DNA of 64,000 nucleotides from an uncultured Actinomycetota bacterium (GTDB lineage Bacteria; Actinomycetota; Actinomycetes; Prado026): NCBI GenBank assembly GCA_963711005.1, contig CAVQCJ010000002.1, positions 1,243,729 to 1,307,728 of the forward strand, read 5' to 3'. Shown piece by piece: positions 59,248 to 64,000 of this stretch (position 1 is its first letter; each line of letters starts with the position of its first letter). The notes under the pieces were generated by a model. It saw only the letters and a program-made list of their open reading frames with translations, ran no database searches and was not told where the DNA came from. The position numbers and the translations under genes were made by a program.

Positions 59248-60452
59248 CGACCGCGTGGTTCCAGTGCGAGTCGGGGGCCAGCGGGGACATGCTGCTCGGC
59301 GCGCTCCTGGACGCGGGCGCCGAGCTGGAGACGCTCCAGGCCGCCGTCGACGCGGTCGGGACCGAGCCGGTTCGGCTCGAGCCGGAGCCGGCCGTACGAG
59401 GGGGCCTGGCGGCGACCTGGGTGCACGTGCACACGAAGGCCTCGCCGGTCGTGCGCACCTGGGCGAACCTGCGCGGACTGCTCGAGGACGCCGACCTGGC
59501 CGAGCCGGTGCGCAGGCTGGCCCTGGACGTGTTCGCCCGGCTGGCCAGGGCGGAGGCGGCGGCGCACCGGACCTCGCCCGAGCAGGTGCACTTCCACGAG
59601 GTCGGAGCGCTGGACGCGGTCGCCGATGTCGTCGGGGTGGCCGCCGCCCTGCACGCGCTCGGCGTCCGGGACGCGGCGGCGTCCCCGGTCGCCCTCGGGC
59701 AGGGCATGGTCCGGGCCGCGCACGGCCTGCTGCCCATCCCGGCGCCGGCCGTCGTCGCGCTGCTGTCCGAGGTCGGGGCCCCGGTGCACTCCGGCGACGA
59801 GCCCTACGAGCTGTGCACGCCGACCGGGGCAGCGCTGCTCGCCGCGACCGTGACCCGGTGGGGCGGCGTCCCCGCCGGGCGCATCGTCGGATCCGGGACC
59901 GGGGCCGGCAGCCGCGAGCTGGACAGCCGGCCCAACGTCCTGCGGGTCCTGCTGGTCGAGCCCGGGCTCGACCCGGCCGCCGACCCCGACGACGGCACCG
60001 AGCAGGACGTCCAGCTCCTGCTCGAGTCCAATGTCGACGACCTCGACCCGCGGCTGTGGCCCGTCGTGCTGGCCCGGCTGCTGGAGGCCGGCGCCGTCGA
60101 CGCGTGGCTCACCCCCGTCCTCATGAAGAAGGGCCGGCCCGCCCACACTCTGTCGGCGCTCGTCCCGCCGGCGGCGGCACGGGCCGTCCGGCGGGTGGTG
60201 TTCGTCGAGACGTCCGCGATCGGGCTGCGCGAGCACGCCGTGCGCAGGCACGCTCTGCGCCGCGGCTGGGCGACCGTGTCCGTCGACGGGCACGAGATCC
60301 GGGTCAAGACGGCCGAGCTCGACGGCACGATCGTCAACGTGCAACCCGAGTACGACGACGTCGCGGCGGTCGCGACCAGGACCGGCCGGCCGGTCAAGGC
60401 CGTACTGGCCGACGCGGTCGCGGCCGCGCGGGCCGCCGGACTGCTCGGGTGA
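59244..60452 (+). CDS. larC: nickel insertion protein LarC (DUF111 family)
   Basis: 402 aa within ORF 59145..60452: WFQCESGASGDMLLGALLDAG, VHFHEVGALDAVADVVG, LPIPAPA, ETNVDD-like ESNVDDLDP, MKKGRPAH. GTGA overlap with larB. Confidence 0.85.
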   Translation: MTTAWFQCESGASGDMLLGALLDAGAELETLQAAVDAVGTEPVRLEPEPAVRGGLAATWVHVHTKASPVVRTWANLRGLLEDADLAEPVRRLALDVFARLARAEAAAHRTSPEQVHFHEVGALDAVADVVGVAAALHALGVRDAAASPVALGQGMVRAAHGLLPIPAPAVVALLSEVGAPVHSGDEPYELCTPTGAALLAATVTRWGGVPAGRIVGSGTGAGSRELDSRPNVLRVLLVEPGLDPAADPDDGTEQDVQLLLESNVDDLDPRLWPVVLARLLEAGAVDAWLTPVLMKKGRPAHTLSALVPPAAARAVRRVVFVETSAIGLREHAVRRHALRRGWATVSVDGHEIRVKTAELDGTIVNVQPEYDDVAAVATRTGRPVKAVLADAVAAARAAGLLG

Positions 60453-61543
60453 CCGGCCTGCAGCTCCTGGCCCTGCTGGCCGGGCTCGGCGTCGTGGTGG
60501 TGGCGACGATCAGCGTGCTGCGCAACCTCGTCGTCCCGCGCCGCCTCAGCTCCAAGCTGAGACTGGTGGTCAGCCGCACGACTTCGGCGCCGTTCCGCTT
60601 CATCGCGGACCGGAGCTCGAACTACATCGTCCGCGACCGCGTGCTCGCATGGTCGGCCCCGACCGCACTGCTCGCCCTGCTGATCACCTGGCTGCTGCTG
60701 TACCTGGTCGGCTACGGCCTGCTCGTCTACGCGATCAGCGAGCTGCCGTTGCGTGTCGCGGTGCGCGAGGCCGGCTCGAGCCTGTTCACGCTCGGCTTCG
60801 CGTCGACCGACCGCGGGCAGCTCACCGCTGTCGACTTCGCGGCGGCGATCACCGGACCGCTGGTGATCGGCCTGCAGATCGGCTACCTGCCGGCGCTGTA
60901 CGCCGCATACAACCGGCGCGAGGCGGAGGTGACGCTGCTGGACGCGCGCGCCGGCGAGCCGAACTGGGGACCGGAGATCCTGGCCCGGCACGCGTCGATC
61001 GCCTCGGTCGAGAACCTGCGTGACCTGTACACCGGGTGGGAACGCTGGGCCGCCGACGTGTCCGAGTCGCACTCGAACTATCCGGTGCTCATCTTCCTGC
61101 GCTCCCAGGAGCCGACCCGGAACTGGCTGGTCGGCCTGCTCGCGGTGATGGACTCGGCCGCGCTGCACCTGGCGCTGAACCCGAGCACCGCCGGCGGCGA
61201 GCCGCGGCTGGCGGTGCGGATGGGCTTCGTCTGCCTGCGCGACCTGGCCGAGACCGTGGGGATCGAGTACGACCCCGACCCAGACCCGGACACCCCGATC
61301 ACGCTGACGTACGACGACTACCTGACCGGCATCAGCCGGCTCGAGCGTGGGTCCTACCCGATGGAGCGCTCGCCGGCGGAGGCGTGGCCGCACTTTCGCG
61401 GCTGGCGGGTGAACTACGAGGCGACGGCCTACCGGATCGCGTCGATGATCGATGCCGTCCCGGCGCCGTGGAGCGGGCCTCGTCGCGGGGTGGCCGCACC
61501 GCTGGTACCGCGTACTCCGGTGGACCGGCAGCCTCGGACATAG
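60449..61543 (+). CDS. multi-pass membrane protein of unknown function, translationally coupled to larC
   Basis: 364 aa within ORF 58934..61543, starting at a GTG that overlaps the larC TGA. There are 3-4 N-terminal hydrophobic helices (LLALLAGLGVVVVATISVL, ALLALLITWLLLYLVGYGLLVYAI, AITGPLVIGLQIGYLPALYAAY) and a ~200-aa soluble C-terminal region. Confidence 0.6.
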   Translation: MTGLQLLALLAGLGVVVVATISVLRNLVVPRRLSSKLRLVVSRTTSAPFRFIADRSSNYIVRDRVLAWSAPTALLALLITWLLLYLVGYGLLVYAISELPLRVAVREAGSSLFTLGFASTDRGQLTAVDFAAAITGPLVIGLQIGYLPALYAAYNRREAEVTLLDARAGEPNWGPEILARHASIASVENLRDLYTGWERWAADVSESHSNYPVLIFLRSQEPTRNWLVGLLAVMDSAALHLALNPSTAGGEPRLAVRMGFVCLRDLAETVGIEYDPDPDPDTPITLTYDDYLTGISRLERGSYPMERSPAEAWPHFRGWRVNYEATAYRIASMIDAVPAPWSGPRRGVAAPLVPRTPVDRQPRT

Positions 61544-61592
61544 GCCCTCGAAACAGCACGGATCGGGCAGTGCAGGCCCCGGGCACGGCAAG

Positions 61593-61632
61593 GCTCGGGC
61601 GTCACCGACGGGGGATGCAGTGACGCCCGAGC
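61593..61632. terminator. bidirectional terminator-like hairpin between convergent genes
   Basis: 13-bp stem gctcgggcgtcac / gtgacgcccgagc with a 14-nt loop, about 50 nt after the stop of 60449..61543, followed by an AT-richer stretch. Confidence 0.5.
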
Positions 61633-61795
61633 GGGTCAAAGATTACCGACGCGCGCCCGACTCGCAAGCCGATCCGTACTTCTGGGAACAAGTCTCAGCA
61701 TGCGGTCCGGAAATGGTGCGCACGGTCAGGACACCGGCGCGCAGGGTGAGCACATCCGACCGGTTCTACCGGTCCAGGACACGGTCAGCGCAGCC

Positions 61796-62734
61796 TCATC
61801 GCAGGGTCAGCTGACGGGTCAGCAGCCCCGCGCGGGCGTGCCGTTCGGCCGAGCTGAGCGCACCGCGCTCGGCCAGCGACTCGTCCAGCCGGGTCCGGAA
61901 GGCGGCCGCCGGCTCCTCGACATCGTCGGCCGGCGTCCCCGTCGGCAGGTCCCACACAGGCACGAGCAGACCGTGCGCGCGGAACGTCCCGATGAAGCGG
62001 GTGCCCTCGCCGAGCGACAGGCCGCCGGTCGGGTGCAGCCGGGCCAGCGCGTCCAGCAGCGGCTCCTCGTCCTCGGGCAGCACCCAGCGCAGCGTCGAGC
62101 GCTCCGGCTGGCTCGCCCAGTACGCGGCCTCGACGGACTTCAGCCGGAGCGTGGGCACGATCCCGGCGTTCGCCCGCTCCATGGACTCGGCCACGTCGGG
62201 GTCGGGCGAGCGCCCCTCCATCCCCTCCAGCCAGTGGTCGAAACCGGCGTGGACGGTGACCTCCAGCGGCACTCCGACGTCCAGAAGGTCCTGCAGCCGG
62301 ACCGGCTCCGCGTCGGGGTCGGCGGCGGCCACGACGGTCCCCGGACCCGCGACCAGCGCGGTCGCGAGCGCCGTCCCGAGGTCACGGCTCACGTCGCCGG
62401 AGCCGGAGGTCGACTGCAGGCCGAGGAAGACCCGCCCGTCGAGCCTGACCATCGCGGCGTATGCCATCGGCAGGACGGTCGAGAGGGTCGCCGCCGCGGA
62501 CCCGGCCGCACGCAGCGCGAGCGGGGCGGTGGCCGACGGGACGATCTCGCGCAGCGCGACCCAGTCGCACTCCCCGGCGAGGCCTTCGAACGAGCGGAGG
62601 ACGGCGGGCTCGGTCCGGGCGGCCCGGCCGTGGCAGGCCTTGTACCGGCGCCCGGAACCGCACGGGCACGGTTCCCGGCCCCCGACGACCGGCACGCTCT
62701 GCGTCTGCTTCGCCGTACCAGCCTCAGTCGCCAT
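61796..62734 (-). CDS. SEC-C motif protein (DUF5926-like)
   Basis: 312 aa starting MATEAGTAKQ within ORF 61796..63097: REPCPCGSGRRYKACHG (SEC-C metal-binding motif) followed by a conserved-looking ~270-aa domain. Confidence 0.65.
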   Translation of the reverse strand: MATEAGTAKQTQSVPVVGGREPCPCGSGRRYKACHGRAARTEPAVLRSFEGLAGECDWVALREIVPSATAPLALRAAGSAAATLSTVLPMAYAAMVRLDGRVFLGLQSTSGSGDVSRDLGTALATALVAGPGTVVAAADPDAEPVRLQDLLDVGVPLEVTVHAGFDHWLEGMEGRSPDPDVAESMERANAGIVPTLRLKSVEAAYWASQPERSTLRWVLPEDEEPLLDALARLHPTGGLSLGEGTRFIGTFRAHGLLVPVWDLPTGTPADDVEEPAAAFRTRLDESLAERGALSSAERHARAGLLTRQLTLR

Positions 62735-63173
62735 GGCGCCGGAGCGTACCCCGGCGGACGACCGCCCAGACCAGCTGGTAGTCCGAGCCGGCGCCCTCGA
62801 CCCCCCACGTCTCCGACAGGGCGTCGACGATGCCGAGCCCCCGTCCGGACAGCGCCGCGAACGGCGGGCGGTCGGCCCTCGGGGCGGTCGGGGAGCCGCC
62901 GTCGGCCACGGCCACCTCGACCTCCTCGGGCAGCACCCGCCACATGACCCGCACCGTGCCGCCCTCGAGCGCGCGAGCGTGCCGCAAGGCGTTGCCCACC
63001 AGCTCGGAGACGACGACCAGCGCATCGGCCCGGTCCGGCTCCTGCACCCCGGCGGCAGCCGCGTCGGCGGCCAGCAGCTGCCTGGCCTCGCGCACACTGG
63101 CGGGCTCGAACGGCAGATCCACGCTGCGGGTGGCCGCCGGCCCCTTGGTCCGCCAGGGGTGGGTGGCGTTCAC
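62724..63173 (-). CDS. HATPase_c anti-sigma-factor-type serine kinase (RsbW/SpoIIAB-like)
   Basis: 149-aa ORF: VVSELVGNALRHA (N-box) and GRGLGIVDAL (G-box). It overlaps the downstream SEC-C gene by 11 nt. Confidence 0.7.
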   Translation of the reverse strand: MNATHPWRTKGPAATRSVDLPFEPASVREARQLLAADAAAAGVQEPDRADALVVVSELVGNALRHARALEGGTVRVMWRVLPEEVEVAVADGGSPTAPRADRPPFAALSGRGLGIVDALSETWGVEGAGSDYQLVWAVVRRGTLRRHGD

Positions 63174-63254
63174 ACTCCAGTTGATGCCCTCGGGACCGCG
63201 GCCGCAACCTCCGCCGTCCGGGTGACCGCCGAGGTCGCCGTCAGCCCGTGACGG

Positions 63255-64000
63255 TCAGCCGGTGGCGCTGCGGGCGGTCCGGACCTGGGCGATCACCTCG
63301 GCCGGGCGGTTGGTGATGATCGCGTCGACACCCAGCCGCAGACACAGCTCGACGTCGGCCACGTCGTCCACCGTCCAGACGTGCACGGCACCGCCCTTGC
63401 GGTGCACCCGGTCCACGTACTTCGGGTGCACCCGGACCACCTCGATGCTCGGGCCGGCGATCCCGACGTGCGCCGGCAGCGAGCCGTCCCACAGCCGCAA
63501 CGGGACCCGCTCGAGCAGCTGGACGGTGGGGATGCTCGGGGCCAGCGCACGCATCCGGCGCAAGGACAGCCAGGAGAAGCTCATGACCCGGACCGGCACG
63601 GCGTCGCCGAGCCGGGGATGTCCCCAGCCGTAGCGGTCCAGCGTCTGCACCAGCCGGCGCTCGACCAGCCCCGCGTACCTGGTCGGGTGCTTGGTCTCGA
63701 TGGCCAGCTCCACCCGGCGGCCGCAGTCGTGGACGTACGCCAGCAGCGCGTCGAGCGTGAGCACCCGGCCGTCCTCGGCCACGTCGGGCTGCTCGTGGCC
63801 GGTCGAGGCCCTGACGTCCCGGTCCCGCCGGCTCTCGCCGGGCCGGTCCCGGACCGAGAAGTCGAGCTCGGCCAGGTCGGCGTACTCCAGCGCCGAGACC
63901 GGCCCCTGGCCGTCGGAGGTGCGGTCCACCCGCCGGTCGTGCACGCACACGGGCACACCGTCCGCGGTCAGCCGGATGTCGCACTCCAGCGCGTCCGCAC
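63255..64000 (-). CDS. glycerophosphodiester phosphodiesterase family protein; 5' end beyond the window
   Basis: The frame stays open to the window edge: ...ADALECDIRLTADGVPVCVHDRRVDRTSDG..., ELAIETKHP, VHVWTVD, GVDAIITNRP. Confidence 0.8.
   Translation of the reverse strand, partial: ADALECDIRLTADGVPVCVHDRRVDRTSDGQGPVSALEYADLAELDFSVRDRPGESRRDRDVRASTGHEQPDVAEDGRVLTLDALLAYVHDCGRRVELAIETKHPTRYAGLVERRLVQTLDRYGWGHPRLGDAVPVRVMSFSWLSLRRMRALAPSIPTVQLLERVPLRLWDGSLPAHVGIAGPSIEVVRVHPKYVDRVHRKGGAVHVWTVDDVADVELCLRLGVDAIITNRPAEVIAQVRTARSATG

Noticed and set aside
1-64000. Search for mobile elements, prophage, defence systems, toxin-antitoxin pairs, and rRNA/tRNA genes.
   Set aside because: No ORF translation shows transposase (DDE), integrase/recombinase, phage structural, Cas, restriction-modification or typical toxin motifs. 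No cloverleaf-capable or rRNA-like low-GC segments were seen by eye. Small RNAs cannot be excluded without a covariance-model scan.

Overview
Very GC-rich chromosomal segment (roughly 70% by eye, not computed). Gene content and organisation match a high-GC Actinobacterium: a Bpa/PafE proteasome activator, an MshD-like double GNAT, a SigE-family ECF sigma with a downstream membrane partner, many GTG starts, and ATGA/GTGA 4-nt gene overlaps. I recognise about 60 protein-coding genes. I see no rRNA, tRNA, CRISPR array, transposase, integrase or phage genes. Left to right: an SDR / Zn-ADH / SMP-30 lactonase trio; an HtrA protease; a peptide-type ABC importer with amidase and amidohydrolase and a divergent TetR; a PQQ-like propeller; beta-phosphoglucomutase plus a GH65 phosphorylase; an AI-2E permease; a FAD oxidase; XRE, LuxR-type, USP and PhhA genes. 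Then PAP2-kbl-tdh; two adjacent acyl-CoA dehydrogenases plus an aldehyde dehydrogenase; NhaA; a MobA-like gene; an Atu/Liu-like acyl-CoA carboxylase operon; DUF6457-MoeA; a quinone oxidoreductase; a GNAT; Bpa; the ECF sigma pair; HAD; TrpB2; SerS; GGDEF-EAL; PheA; DUF4446; LarB-LarC plus a membrane protein; DUF5926/SEC-C; an anti-sigma-type kinase; and GDPD. Main hunt results: (1) Two copies of a 53-nt palindromic element that I cannot assign to any known family exactly bracket a convergent, 3'-overlapping gene pair. The pair is a Cys-His-Asp (papain/transglutaminase-like) protein of unknown function and a PrmC-related glutamine-N5 methyltransferase of unknown substrate. This is my best candidate for an undescribed system. 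(2) A contiguous block of about 21 kb (about 4.47-25.8 kb) is riddled with frameshifts, while both flanks read cleanly. This is most likely a local sequence-quality problem, so genes there are reported as frameshifted. (3) A perfectly ribosome-binding-site-equipped 11-codon ORF, with a structured leader and a strong terminator, sits upstream of tdh-kbl. (4) A perfect palindrome overlaps a leaderless-type promoter of the carboxylase operon. All coordinates come from hand reading of the sequence and the ORF track. Boundaries of frameshifted genes and some start codons are approximate.
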